NCBI GenBank assembly: GCA_009103225.1
Contig: RHPI01000277.1
Span: forward strand, 327,548-391,547
DNA from: Chlorokybus atmophyticus
Taxonomy: Eukaryota > Plantae > Mesostigma and Chlorokybus algae
Direction of reading: 5' to 3'
Length of the DNA stretch: 64,000 nucleotides
Shown: piece by piece, positions 51,971-63,830 of the stretch
How the letters are laid out: every line of letters begins with the position of its first letter
How positions within the stretch are numbered: position 1 is the stretch's first letter
Made by a program: the position numbers and the translations under genes
Notes under the pieces: generated by a model
Seen by the model: only the letters and a program-made list of their open reading frames with translations
Databases searched by the model: none
What the model was told of the DNA's origin: nothing

Positions 51971-54900
51971 TGTTGAAGGACTAGCATGCACATGTAGTTG
52001 AGGCAAGCATGGATACACACGGACAGAGCTACCGCCACCAGAGCATACACAAGTCACATCACATTCATCTATTACAAGTTGTCCGCTGGTTCTTATACCA
52101 GCCAGTTACACACACGTCTACGTTTGCAAGCACTGCGTAAGCTATACTCAGCCTTTTGACGCGCTCTAAGCTGCGTTGTCTTTCTTACAACCAGAGCTTT
52201 CCAACAAGCTCTTACACGCCTAATATGAGTAAGTATACGCGGAGATACGAAGCAGTTAGTAAGGCTCCAGTCTGGAGTCCGGAGTCTGGTCCGACGATGC
52301 CATCTTGCTAAGTCCGGACCTAGTGCTCGTCCTTACGACCTTCTACTCCTGTGTGGAGGGTCGATGCTGATCGTATGTAGGAATACTCTCAACACTCCCA
52401 CGCGAGCAGCTTGACCTCCAACGCTTGCTCCTGTAGTCAAACACAGATGCCAAGTCCTGCACAACAAGTCTTGAACTTGAGTGGTGACAATGGCTTTGTC
52501 ATGAAGTCCGCCAGCATGCCCTCGGTGTTGCAGTACTGGAACTCCACCTCCTTCCTTGTGACTCTGTCACGCACAAAGTGATGCATGACATCAATGTGCT
52601 TCGTCCTTGCCGAGGCGATAGGGTGCTTCAACAACTTGATGGCTCCTTGGTTGTCACAGTTGATGACGATGCACGCCATGGGGTGCTCCAAGTCTGCCAT
52701 GAGCTTGCGAAGCCAGAGTGCCTCCTTCACTGCTGCTGCCGCTGCCATGTACTCAGCCTCTGATGTAGATGCTGCTGTTGTTGGCTGCAGCCTGCTGTTC
52801 CAGCTCACCACGCCTCCGTTCAGCTTGAAGACGTAGCCTGTAGTGGACCTCCTGCTGTTGAGGTCACCAGCAAAGTCCGAGTCGCAGTAGCCCTCCAACT
52901 CAGTGCTCCCGCTCCCAAACTTGATGCCAACTGTTGCGCTCCCAGCAACATAGCGTAGTACTCCCTTTGCTGCTCTCCAGTGCTCCATGCTCGGTGCAGA
53001 CATGTAGCGAGCAAGTACTCCCACAGCATGTGCAACATCGGGACGTGTGCACACTGCCAGATAGAGCATGCTGCCTACCAGCTCACCATATGGATACTGA
53101 GCCTTGTCGAGTACCTCCTCATCCTTTGCCTTGATGAGGGCAGTGCCAAGTGCCAACGGTGTGGTCTTGGTCTTCGCTTCAGTGAGCCCAAACTTGGTGA
53201 CGAGTCTTCTCACCATCTGCTCCTGACTGATCTTGATTGTGCGAGCCGCCCTGTCGCGCTCAATCACCATGCCAAGGAACCACTTGGCCTCTCCAAGATC
53301 ACGAACTGAGAATGCTTGCTGTAGAGCAAGTTTCGTCTCCTGCAGGTGGTGCACCTGCCTGGCGGTGATGATGATATCATCAACATACACGAGCAGCCAG
53401 ACCTTGTTGTCTGCATGGATGAAGAGCCCAGGGTCTGCAGAGGATGCGGTGAAGCCAAGTGCCTCCAGCTCCTTGGTGAGCTTGATGTGCCACATACGCG
53501 GTGCCTGTCGCAGCCCGTACAGTGCCTTGATCAGCTTGCACGCTGTGCCTCTCTCCCCTTCTTCATATCCAGGTGGTTGCTCGATGAAGATCTCCTCCTC
53601 CAGCTCTCCGTAGAGGAAGGCAGTCTTCACATCCAGGTGATGCAGCTCTAGGTCTTCAGCAGCAACCATAGCTAGCAGTGCACGGAAGGTGGTATGCTTA
53701 CTTGCAGGTGCAAACACTTCGTTGAAGTCCACACCTTCCTGCTGCAAGAAGCCCTTTGCCACCAGTCTTGCCTTGTAGCGCTCAATGTTGCCCTGACCAT
53801 CACGCTTCACCTTGAAGACCCATTTCACTGGAATGGTCTTCACTCCTTGCGGTAACTGCTCCAGTGACCAAGTGTTGTTGGCATGGAGTGACGCAATCTC
53901 CTCGTCCATAGCACGCTGCCATTGCTCCGCATCTGGTGCTAACAATGCCTCCTCGTAGGTGCTTGGCTCCTCATTGTGCACACTGGCGACGTGTGCCTTG
54001 TGTAAGAAGTCAGGTGCCTTTCTCTCCCTCACTGGGTATCTCCGAGCTGCGTGCTCCTGCTGCAGGTGCGACTGCTTGTCTGCTACAGTGGAGTCCTGCT
54101 CACCCTTATCGTCGATGATGGCCTTGCCTGTAGCCTCCACTGTTTCAGGATGCTCCGGCTGTGCTTCATCTTCAGGAAAGAAGCCTGCTTCTGGTTGTGA
54201 TAATCCCTCGTGGAAAACCACCTCTCTGCTCACGATGATCTTCTGAGTGTCCTCGAGCAAGATCCTGTAAGCCTTGGAACCCGGTTCATAGCCAACGAAG
54301 ATGCCCTTCTTGCTGACCGGCTCCAGCTTGTGCCTGAGCTGTTTAGGCACTAGTGCATATGCCGTGCATCCAAACACACGCATACCACTCACATCTGGTG
54401 TGGCTCCATAGAAGTGCTCCCACGGAGTCTTCTGCTCTGAGCTCACCGGAGACCTGTTGCGGATGTAGTTGGCAGTGAGTACCGCCTCCTTCCACAAACT
54501 GTCTTCCATCTTTGTGTCGTTGAGCATGGCTCGAACACGCTCCAAGAGTGTCCTGTTGAGGCGTTCAGCTGCTCCATTCTGCTGCGGGGTGTAGGGTGCC
54601 GTTGTCTCGTGGCGTATGCCCTTGCTGGCGAAGAACTCCTTCAACTCCTTGTTGATGTACTCCCCTCCTCGATCACTCCTCATTGCCTTCATCTTGTTGC
54701 CAGACTGGGTCTCCAACAAGGCCACAACTGTGCGCACAGCTCCAGCAACTTCTGACTTGAGCGTCAATGGAAAGATGATGGACAGCTTGCTGTAGTCGTC
54801 GAGGAATGTAGCAAAGTACCTGGCCCCTCCCTTCGCCACAATGCGCATAGGGCCACAGACATCCATGTGCACAAGCTCGCAAGGATGCTGACTGCTAGAA

Positions 54901-56875
54901 GAGGATGATGGGAATGGCATAGCATGCTGCTTTGCAACCAGACATGGTTCACAAAGTGCACCTGATGCTGTCTTGAGTTCTTCTGTGCTGAGATGGATGC
55001 CCTTGACCATCTTCTCAGCGACAAGGCGAGTGAGGTTGACGTAGCTGAGATGCCCGAACCTTCGATGCCACAATGTTGGCGACTCCTTGTCCTTCACCAC
55101 CATGGCTTGAATGTCTCTGTCTTGAGGCTGCTCCACGTGGTAGAGCCCTCCCGGATCAGCGATTCCAACCATGTGCACGACCCCATCAAGGATGACTGAG
55201 CAGCCACCCTTCCGAAATAGGATCTCCGCGCCTAAGCGCTCCGCAACCCTCACAGAGAATAGACTCGCAATAGCCTTAGGAACATGCAGGACGTTGCGTA
55301 ACAACACCTCGCGTAGTGTGTTACCAACCTTGCACTGGAGTCGTACGTTGCCAACTCCCTCAGCCACCAGTACTTCGCCACCGAAGCCCGCCACCTTGAT
55401 TGTGGACGTCAGCTTCCTGTAGCCCTCCATCACCTCCTTGTTTGGTGTGAGATGACGATCGCAGCCAGAGTCCACCACCCAGAAAGCTGTGCCCGCCCTC
55501 GAACTGGATGCAGTGAAGGCGACATGTTTCTCCTTGTGTTGGTGCTCGTTGCCGCTGTTGCTGGTGCTTGCTCTAGGTTGCCCCTGTTGTTTCTTCCTAC
55601 AGTCCTTCACAATGTGCCCCTTCCAACCACACCAGTGGCATGTGAGGTCTTTGTGACGAGGATTGCCTGGCTTGTTGCCCTTGTACTTCTCTTCATGGTT
55701 GCTCTTCTTTGCGTGCTTGCCGGTGTAGAAGGCGACGGCATCCGCTTGCTCGTCCTTCTTCACAACCCTCTGCTCCACGGTGAGCAGCTTCGGTAGCACA
55801 TCGTCCAACGTCAACTCCGATGATGACGTCTCCAGCAGGGTTGCGACGACCTCGTACTCTGCTGGTAGCCCTGCAACAATGGCCAGCACTACCTCCGTCT
55901 CCCCCATGTTGTGGCCGACGTTGATGAGGTCCGCCCACAGCTCTCTCGCGCGCGCAACATACTTTGTGATGGGTTCTGCTGCCTCCTTCCTGAGTGCGCT
56001 GAGCTGCTTGCGTAGATGCAACTTTCTGGCATTGTTCTTGGCTCTGAAAACGGCTGATAGCTTTTCCCAAGCTTGTCTACCATCTTCACATGCAGTGAGC
56101 ATGGGAAAGTGATGCGGTTTGCTGTTCAACACAAGCAAAGAGTGTGCTTCTGCTGAATGCTCTGACCACACAGTGTTCGCTCCTGGTGTTGGTGGTGGTG
56201 CCTTCGGATCAACGTACTTCCACACCTTCTTGTGGATGAGCAAGGCCTTCATCTCCACGCACCATGTGTTGTAGTTGTCGGTGTCCAGCTTTGCAATCTG
56301 CCCCTTGTCGTAGGTCGCCTCCATCTTTGTCGAGCCTGCCTTTCTTGCAGTTGACACCCAAGGCTCTGCTACCAACAAGCTACCGTAGTGTAGAACTACT
56401 ATGCACACAAGCTAGTCTCACACTCCTCAAGCGTAGTGTGGGCCCATAACCTGTTGAAGGACTAGCATGCACATGTAGTTGAGGCAAGCATGGATACACA
56501 CGGACAGAGCTACCGCCACCAGAGCATACACAAGTCACATCACATTCATCTATTACAAGTTGTCCGCTGGTTCTTATACCAGCCAGTTACACACACGTCT
56601 ACGTTTGCAAGCACTGCGTAAGCTATACTCAGCCTTTTGACGCGCTCTAAGCTGCGTTGTCTTCCTTACAACTAGAGCTTTCCAACAAGCTCTTACACGC
56701 CCAATATGAGTAAGTATACGCGGAGATACGAAGCAGTTAGTAAGGCTCCAGTCTGGAGTCCGGAGTCTGGTCCGACGATGCCATCTTGCTAAGTCCGGAC
56801 CTAGTGCTCGTCCTTACGACCTTCTACTCCTGTGTGGAGGGTCGATGCTGATCGTATGTAGGAATACTCTCAACA
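51971..56875 (-). mobile_element. Intact, young Ty1/copia LTR retrotransposon
   Basis: 424-bp LTRs at 51971-52394 and 56452-56875 (TG..CA, 3 C/T differences); 5-bp TSD CAGTC at 51966-51970 and 56876-56880; PBS GGTTATGGGCCC; purine-rich PPT; one uninterrupted ORF. Confidence 0.98.
52437..56324 (-). CDS. Copia gag-pol polyprotein (about 1295 aa from ATG 56324)
   Basis: Gag with CHWCGWKGHIVKDC knuckle, protease WVVDSGC, GAG-pre-integrase HRRFGH/CEPC, integrase D,D(35)E, RT YVDD, RNase H CDSD..DNQGA..TKHID. Confidence 0.97.
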   Translation of the reverse strand: MEATYDKGQIAKLDTDNYNTWCVEMKALLIHKKVWKYVDPKAPPPTPGANTVWSEHSAEAHSLLVLNSKPHHFPMLTACEDGRQAWEKLSAVFRAKNNARKLHLRKQLSALRKEAAEPITKYVARARELWADLINVGHNMGETEVVLAIVAGLPAEYEVVATLLETSSSELTLDDVLPKLLTVEQRVVKKDEQADAVAFYTGKHAKKSNHEEKYKGNKPGNPRHKDLTCHWCGWKGHIVKDCRKKQQGQPRASTSNSGNEHQHKEKHVAFTASSSRAGTAFWVVDSGCDRHLTPNKEVMEGYRKLTSTIKVAGFGGEVLVAEGVGNVRLQCKVGNTLREVLLRNVLHVPKAIASLFSVRVAERLGAEILFRKGGCSVILDGVVHMVGIADPGGLYHVEQPQDRDIQAMVVKDKESPTLWHRRFGHLSYVNLTRLVAEKMVKGIHLSTEELKTASGALCEPCLVAKQHAMPFPSSSSSSQHPCELVHMDVCGPMRIVAKGGARYFATFLDDYSKLSIIFPLTLKSEVAGAVRTVVALLETQSGNKMKAMRSDRGGEYINKELKEFFASKGIRHETTAPYTPQQNGAAERLNRTLLERVRAMLNDTKMEDSLWKEAVLTANYIRNRSPVSSEQKTPWEHFYGATPDVSGMRVFGCTAYALVPKQLRHKLEPVSKKGIFVGYEPGSKAYRILLEDTQKIIVSREVVFHEGLSQPEAGFFPEDEAQPEHPETVEATGKAIIDDKGEQDSTVADKQSHLQQEHAARRYPVRERKAPDFLHKAHVASVHNEEPSTYEEALLAPDAEQWQRAMDEEIASLHANNTWSLEQLPQGVKTIPVKWVFKVKRDGQGNIERYKARLVAKGFLQQEGVDFNEVFAPASKHTTFRALLAMVAAEDLELHHLDVKTAFLYGELEEEIFIEQPPGYEEGERGTACKLIKALYGLRQAPRMWHIKLTKELEALGFTASSADPGLFIHADNKVWLLVYVDDIIITARQVHHLQETKLALQQAFSVRDLGEAKWFLGMVIERDRAARTIKISQEQMVRRLVTKFGLTEAKTKTTPLALGTALIKAKDEEVLDKAQYPYGELVGSMLYLAVCTRPDVAHAVGVLARYMSAPSMEHWRAAKGVLRYVAGSATVGIKFGSGSTELEGYCDSDFAGDLNSRRSTTGYVFKLNGGVVSWNSRLQPTTAASTSEAEYMAAAAAVKEALWLRKLMADLEHPMACIVINCDNQGAIKLLKHPIASARTKHIDVMHHFVRDRVTRKEVEFQYCNTEGMLADFMTKPLSPLKFKTCCAGLGICV

Positions 56876-58527
56876 CAGTCCACCTGAAATCTTGATACAG
56901 CGAGCTGGGTATAACGGCCGTTACCATCAGGCGGCGGCCGTCTGCATAAAGGGAATGACCCTAACTGATAGATACCTGCAAGGTACCCATCAGTTAAGCA
57001 AAGGGGACTGGACCTAACTAACCGATACCCAACAGTTGGGTGCAAGCGACTCTACGTCAAAGGTACCCAACTATCAGGTACATGTAAGGTACCCTATGGT
57101 ACCTGACGTTTTAAAGGTACCAACAAGTACCGTTTAGGTACTATGAGAGACGGCATGTGACAAGCAAAATTGCAATTCATAACTAAAGATACATTAATAA
57201 TGCATTATATGCTGTTGCTATAGGATACTGTGAATTGCTACAACTACTACTTCTACTACCCTCATACTAAGTCATAATCTAAGTCGCCGCTCCTCCGCTC
57301 CTGCGTCGCCGCTCTTCCGCCGCCGCCGCCGCCTTGTTGCCGCTCCAGCACCTCCGCCTGCTTAGCAAGTTAAGCGGTTAGGCTGTTATGCAACACAACG
57401 GCATTATACATACACACACAAACTCACCTACTATGCCATTGCCGCCGCCGCCCCCTGGCCTGGCCTGGCCAAGAATGGCCTTGTCGGCAAGCAGGGCGGT
57501 GAGGCTGCGCTATTGCGCTCAACACAACGGCATCCACACGTATATACATACAAACAGTCTCACCTAGTTTGCCATGGTCGCCGCCGCCGCCGTCGCCGCC
57601 GCCACCGCTACCGCCACTGCCACCACCGCTGCCGCCCACCTGCCCAACTTGCTTGAAGCCATTGTGCGTTTGAAGCGTTGCTACTTGGGCAGCAGCAGCA
57701 TTTCAAACGCTTAAACGCTCAACGACTTCAATGGCGCTATCGTACTATCAACTGGTACGATGATGCCATAGTACAGTAGTACCATCGCAATGGTACCATA
57801 AATCCATTAAGTGTTCCAGTCAACTGTTGCGGACTTTTATGTCACTGTCCCAACGCCACTATTGCTCGTGCCTAAGTTTGGACTAAGCGGAGACTTGCTT
57901 ACCAATTCAGACATGTCGCCGTCGCGGGCTTTGTACGGTCAGTGGCCGGCTGCCGGTAAATGGAACTGATGGGTATCATTCGCCGCCATTAGGGGCCCGA
58001 GAGGTCATTTAATTGCTACTATAAATAAGTAGCCGCCGTGTGTCCTGTACGATTGACGGTTGGCCGTCATCTCAAGTTGCTTGAAGATTATAACCGGCAA
58101 CCAAGAGTCCAGTGTCGCGTACGACAAGCGGCCGGCCATTACTAATTGTCCTTGATATGCATTGGCAATCCACTCAGCCCCTTTATGGCCCAAGACGTTA
58201 GGGTCAGGCGGGGGCAGTCCCTCAGTCCCTAGTCAGTCATGGCGAAAGATTTGCGACGTGCTCAGCCTAGCCTAGCTTGCCTGACCTAACTTAGCTTGTT
58301 AGTGTGAAGGGGAGGCGGCCACTCAGGCAGCCTCACCTCAAGTATTGCATCCCAAAGATTTAGTCTCAAAGCATTATTGGGGCGATAGCAAAGTACGCAT
58401 CAGTGCGTGAGGCTCTTCTTGCTGCACACCCCCAGCTTTGCAAGGAAGTGTGGGATGAGTGGGCGCAGCAAGTCCGTAACGCATATGAGACGGACTTCGC
58501 GGCACTCCCGCGCTCAAGCAAGGAGAG

Positions 58528-61500
58528 ATGGTGATTCGCATGATCGAGCACGAGTTGACGCGTAATGTACCGCTACTCATGCGCACAGATCTAGCAAAGG
58601 CCGCTCTTATGGCCACTTATGACAAACCAGGCCCGTATCCAGGCCAGAGGATGGCGTTCGAGGCTCTCACCTTATTAACGGTGGAAACTCAGAAGCGTTG
58701 CAAGGACCTCTTCTGGTACTTAGGGGCTGAGCTGGAGGAGAAGTTTGCTCGAAAAGAGCGCTTGACTGCACGCCTTGATGCTATGCATTCCGAGTTGGTG
58801 GCATTACGTCAGCAGGTGGCCGGGGCTACCACAACTGTAGCAGGGACATCAGTTGGCCTACCCGTCACAGCGCTAAACAAGCCCAAGAAGTTCAAGCCCA
58901 ATGGGGCTGTGAACATTCATGATTGGGTGGTGAATGTGAAGCGCTACTTGGCTGCACTTCAGCGACCAGTTAATGAGCATACATCTGTTGCTGAGTTGCT
59001 CATGCCACCTGACGCTTTGGCCGAGTGTGCACGTCAAACAGAGGATGGTGCTTCTAAGACTGTAGAGGCATTGTTTCAGTTCTTAGTGGAGCGCTACGGT
59101 GGCATGGACCCGGCTACTGCTGCTCGCAACAGTCACAAGCTTACCAAGCTGCGACAAAATGGTCGGGCGGCTTCAGTGTACTTGCAGGAGTTTCAGGCAC
59201 TAATTGGCCGTGTCAACAGTGGGCTTATGCCCACTGTTGACACGGCCAATTAGTGCCTGAAACGACGGACAAGGCTGAGCAGTTTAACCTGGACAAGCGC
59301 TTGAATGCGCGCTTGCGCAACCAGTTGCAGTACAACACGTCAACGGGGCAGCCGTGGGTTCCCGCGGACCTCGCAACCTTGCAAAGATTGAGTGTGTATC
59401 TGCTCGACGACGATGCTGCGGCTGTGCAGGACAAGTCACGGGTGGTAAATTTAGTCAAGCCACATGGGGGAGGGGGGAAGCGGTTCCCTCCACCAAGTGT
59501 GCATGCGGCGAAGATGTCATCCGCACCTGCGAGTGGTGCTACACCTATTGCAGCACGCGCATGCTACGTGTGCCATTAGCCAGGTCACATTGCGAAGAAC
59601 TGCCCAACCAAGGGCAAGGCTAGGAAGGTTGAATAGGATTATGTCGTGATAGATGTACCTTCATCTAGTGGCCAGTTGCTAGTGTTACATACAGCAAACT
59701 GGTTTGATGAACTGTCTCGTGTGCATGTAATGACACGTGCATGGCAAGCACATGATAAGCTGCCACTTTTTAGTAGTGAAAAAGTGGATGCCACGGCTTG
59801 TGTACTAGTGCATGTAGAATCTAACATGCTAACAGAAGTTTAGCGAATATCGTGTGAGTTACAAAATAAACACACGGCACTGAGTGTGGTTGTCATGGTG
59901 CCCAAGTATCATGGACCGTGGTTGAAGCATACTCGGGGGGGGACTGTGTTTCAACAATTCACAAAGCGTGAGACGGGGACAGTGCGGTTGTCAGCAGTAC
60001 TGATTAACCCACGCATCAGTCACGGAATCTTGGCTACCTTTCAAGGGCGAGTAGTACCTTTATTTTGGACCTTCACAGGCACGGAACAGGATATTACTAG
60101 CTCGTTCTTGGTTGACACCGGGGCAACGCATAACTTCGTCGAAGTAAAGTGGGTTATGCGCAATAAGATTGCGTGTAAACCATCAGCTTTCTCAGCTGCT
60201 GGTGCTAGGGGTGCGTTATCAGTAAAAGGTGAAGTCAAATTGAAAATTAAGATTGGTAGTTATCAAGCCAATTTAACTTTCATCGTAGTACCCATTGACA
60301 TAGCTGATGTTGATGTGGTATTTGGCCAGGAATGGCAAGATCATGTGTCTATGACATTAGATACTGCTGCACGGTTGTGCACAGTAAAGAAGGGGCGTAA
60401 GCGCATCAATTTGTCCGTGCAGGGGTCGCATAGCTTGGAATACAAGACACACAGACTCTGCGTCACTTACAGCGCTTCAAGTGAAGCGTGCGTTACGTAA
60501 AAGCACACCTGCTTTTCTAATGCACTTAATGTCGTGTGATGATGTAGTGCCTGGCAATACAATAGGTGTGGCGGACATCATTGAGAAGTTTCAGGATGTG
60601 TTCCCAGATGAGTTGCCGGGCTTGCCCCCTGATCGAGGTGTCGGACACACAATACCTTTAATTTCTGATAGTGAGCCTCCATTTCGGCCTATATATAGGT
60701 TGAGCCCTGAGAGGGGGGAAATGGAAACATAAACAACAGAGTTGTTGAAAAAGGGGTTGATTGAACTAAGTTCTTCATCCTTTGGCGCACCCATATTGTT
60801 TGTTATTGTTATTAAAAAAAGAATGGGAAGTTGCGCAGGTGTGTGGATTACCGTACTCTAAACAAAATCACGGTGAAGAAATGATACCCGTTGCCAAGGA
60901 TTAATGATGTGTTTAACAAGTTGTCAGGGAATGCGTATTTTAGAACGCTAGACTTGCCAAGTGACTATCATCAAATCCGGATTCATCCTTCGGATGTCTG
61001 TAAAACAGCATTCAAAAAACCTACGGGCCATTTTCAATACAAAGTGTTACCTTTTGCATCGACTAATGCACCAGCTGTTATAAAAAGAAAATGCATAAGA
61101 TTTGCGGTGATATGCTTGTTCAACATGTCATGATATACTTGGATGACATTATTGTCTTCAGTAAAACAAAGGAAGAACATACGCAACACTTGGAAGCGAT
61201 GTTTGCAAGATTGCGCAAGCATCGTTTGTTGGCAAATCTTACCAAGTGTGATATTTGTAAAACGGAGTTGCCCTTTCTTGGTCACGTTGTGAGTGGTGCG
61301 GGTACCAAACCTAACCCTCGCAAAGTGCAGGTTGTGAAAGAGTGGACCCAACCTCAGAATGTCCATCAACTAAGGTCGTTTTTAGGGTTGGCAAACTACT
61401 TTCGCAAGTTCATAATGGGGTACTCAACAGTTGTCATGCTTTTATCCAAACTGTGGCGTAACAATGCCCCGTTCATTTGGACGACAGCATAAGAAGCTGC

Positions 61501-63830
61501 TATGCAAAAGGTAAAGTTGGCTTTAACATCAGCGCCGGTGTTAGCACTGCCAAATTGGGATAAACACTTCACAGTGGTCAGTGACGCATCAACACTTGGG
61601 TGTGGTGCGGTACTGTTGCAAGATGGAAGACATTTTGCTTATCAAAGTAGAAAGTTCATTCCTGCATGAGGTGAACTACACTACGACAGCGCAAAAACTA
61701 TTGGGTATAGTTCATGCTCTTGAGACATGGAGATGTTACTTAGAGGGTGTTCAGTTCACTATTGTGACTGATCACAACCCGTTGGTGTATTTCTTCGCAC
61801 GGCAATACTTGTCGAGACGGCAAGCGCGCTGGAATGAGTTTTTGTCTAGGTTCACCTTTGATTGGGTGTATCGGCCGGGCAGAACTAATGTGGCTAACCC
61901 TATGAGTCGCTGCCCGTCATTATTGGCGGTGATGCGCGTGCAATTACTCGCGACATGCAGCACATTGTCTCCTAATGATATGTTTGTGCAAGCTGTTGTA
62001 CAGGGGTACACTTTGGACCCATGGTTTTCTATTGCAGACAACTTACAAAACTTTGACATGTCACAGCCCACTCGACCACAAAAGACTTGGTGCTTTTATG
62101 GTCGATTTGTGGTAATTTAATGTACCTTCCCGTTACATTCCCCCCACTTAAGAACGCGGACGTTCTCGGCAGCTGGGGAATCATCCCAGGGGTCTGATTA
62201 GGGTCGGTCACCGGCCCCACCACCCAAGGACCGGCCAATTTAGGCCCATACCAGGTCGCGCCCTGCCGCGCCGACTGAACTGGTCAGTTCGGCGCGACTG
62301 CCATTAGGCAAGTCGCGACCCATCGATAATGGCACTTTTAAAGTAACCATTTACGATATTATGAGATCGAGAAACAACGATCGCGGAATTCGTGTGCAAG
62401 GCAGGAATTGAACCCGGGTCTCAAACTCCTATGACCAATGTCATAGCCCACTCGACCACAAAAGACTTGGTGCTGTTATGGACGATTTGTGGTACTTGTA
62501 TGTACCTTCCCGTTACAACTTACAAAAGTTTGACAGACGTGACAAACTGTATTACATGAGCAACAGTTTGGTAATACCTGACCATGCTAAACTGCACGTA
62601 AATTGCATAGCGGATATACACGATCCACCGTACGCTGGGCACTTTGGTAGTCACGAAACCACTAAGGCAGCGCAACAGTTATACTGGTGGCCATCGTTGC
62701 CTGATGATGTAGAGCGGTATGTGGACACGTGTGACAAATGTCAATGTGACAAACTGTTACGTCAAAAGCCCGCTGGGCTACTGCGGCCATTACCAGTTCC
62801 CAACAGTAAGTGGGAAAGTGTGAGTATGGACCTTATCATTGAGCTCCCTAAGACAGCATTGGGTCATACTGCGGTTGTAGTAATTGTGGATCGTTTAACC
62901 AAGATGGTTCACTTTATTCCTTGCCGTACGGAGATAGGCTCCCGTGATCTAGCGATGGTTTTGTCGCGTCAGTGTTCAAGTTGCATGGCTTGCCTCGCAA
63001 CATTGTCTCTGACCGTGACCCAAGGTTTGTGGCTCAGTTTTGGAAATTGCTATGCAACTTCTTGCAGATACAGCAGCACATGAGTACCGCTTACCGCAAA
63101 CTGATGGTCAGACTGAACGCGCCAATCACATGATTGAAGAAACCATCCGGCATTATGTGGGTCCAAATCAGTCTGATTGGGATATTTATCTTCCAATGGC
63201 TGAGTTCGTGATTAACAACAACAATGCATGACAAGAGAGTGTGCAAGAAACTCCGTTTTTTATTAACTACGCAACGCATCCACAGAGTCTTGCGAGTATG
63301 AAGTTGCCCGCTGACGACTTGACTCGCCTGCAGCGCGTGAGATGGCTGCGGCCAAGACAGGTCAGCATTGGCAAAGAGCTGTCTGCGCGCAGCGCAAGAC
63401 AGACAGAAAGCCCAAGTTGATAAGCATCGTAGGCATGCCGACTATGATGTGGGCAATTCGGTGCATTTAAGCACCAAAAACATATCCATCAAGGGAGTGG
63501 GTATCCGAGATTTTTCCCTCGCTGGATAGGCCCCTTCAAAGTGGTTGATCGGGTCGGCACTCACGCGTATCGTTTGGAGTTACCAAAATCCATACGTATA
63601 CACAATGTATTTCATGTGAGTGTACTGAAACCGTACCTTTCAGACGGTTGGGTTTAACCTCCTCCACCCCCTGACGCAGTGGATGCCAATGATACTTTCG
63701 AGTACGAGGTGGAAGCAATCCCGAGTCACTGTAAGCCCCGACGCGGACGCGCGCCAACTTACTTGGTAAAATGGAAAGGGTATGGTGTTGAACACAACAC
63801 GTGAGAAAATGAAATCTTACCAACTGCCAA
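58528..63830 (+). pseudogene. Gypsy gag-pol (gag, extra domain, PR, RT, RH, IN, chromodomain) broken by many stops and frameshifts
   Basis: Motifs spread over ORFs 58528-59253, 59253-59579, 59886-60500, 61091-61492, 61581-62120 and 62478-63083, and YEVEAI..YLVKWKGYGVEHNT. Confidence 0.9.
62059..62517 (-). mobile_element. 459-bp non-autonomous mini-LTR element (TRIM-like) inserted between RNase H and integrase
   Basis: 79-bp direct repeats at 62059-62137 and 62439-62517 (TG..CA, 6 mismatches). On the minus strand a TGG-initiated PBS-like site follows the first repeat and TAAGTGGGGGAA (PPT-like) precedes the second. Confidence 0.8.

Noticed and set aside
62395-62470. Functional tRNA gene inside the gypsy pol
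   Set aside because: A and B boxes are present but the anticodon and acceptor stems do not pair; treated as part of the mini-LTR element.
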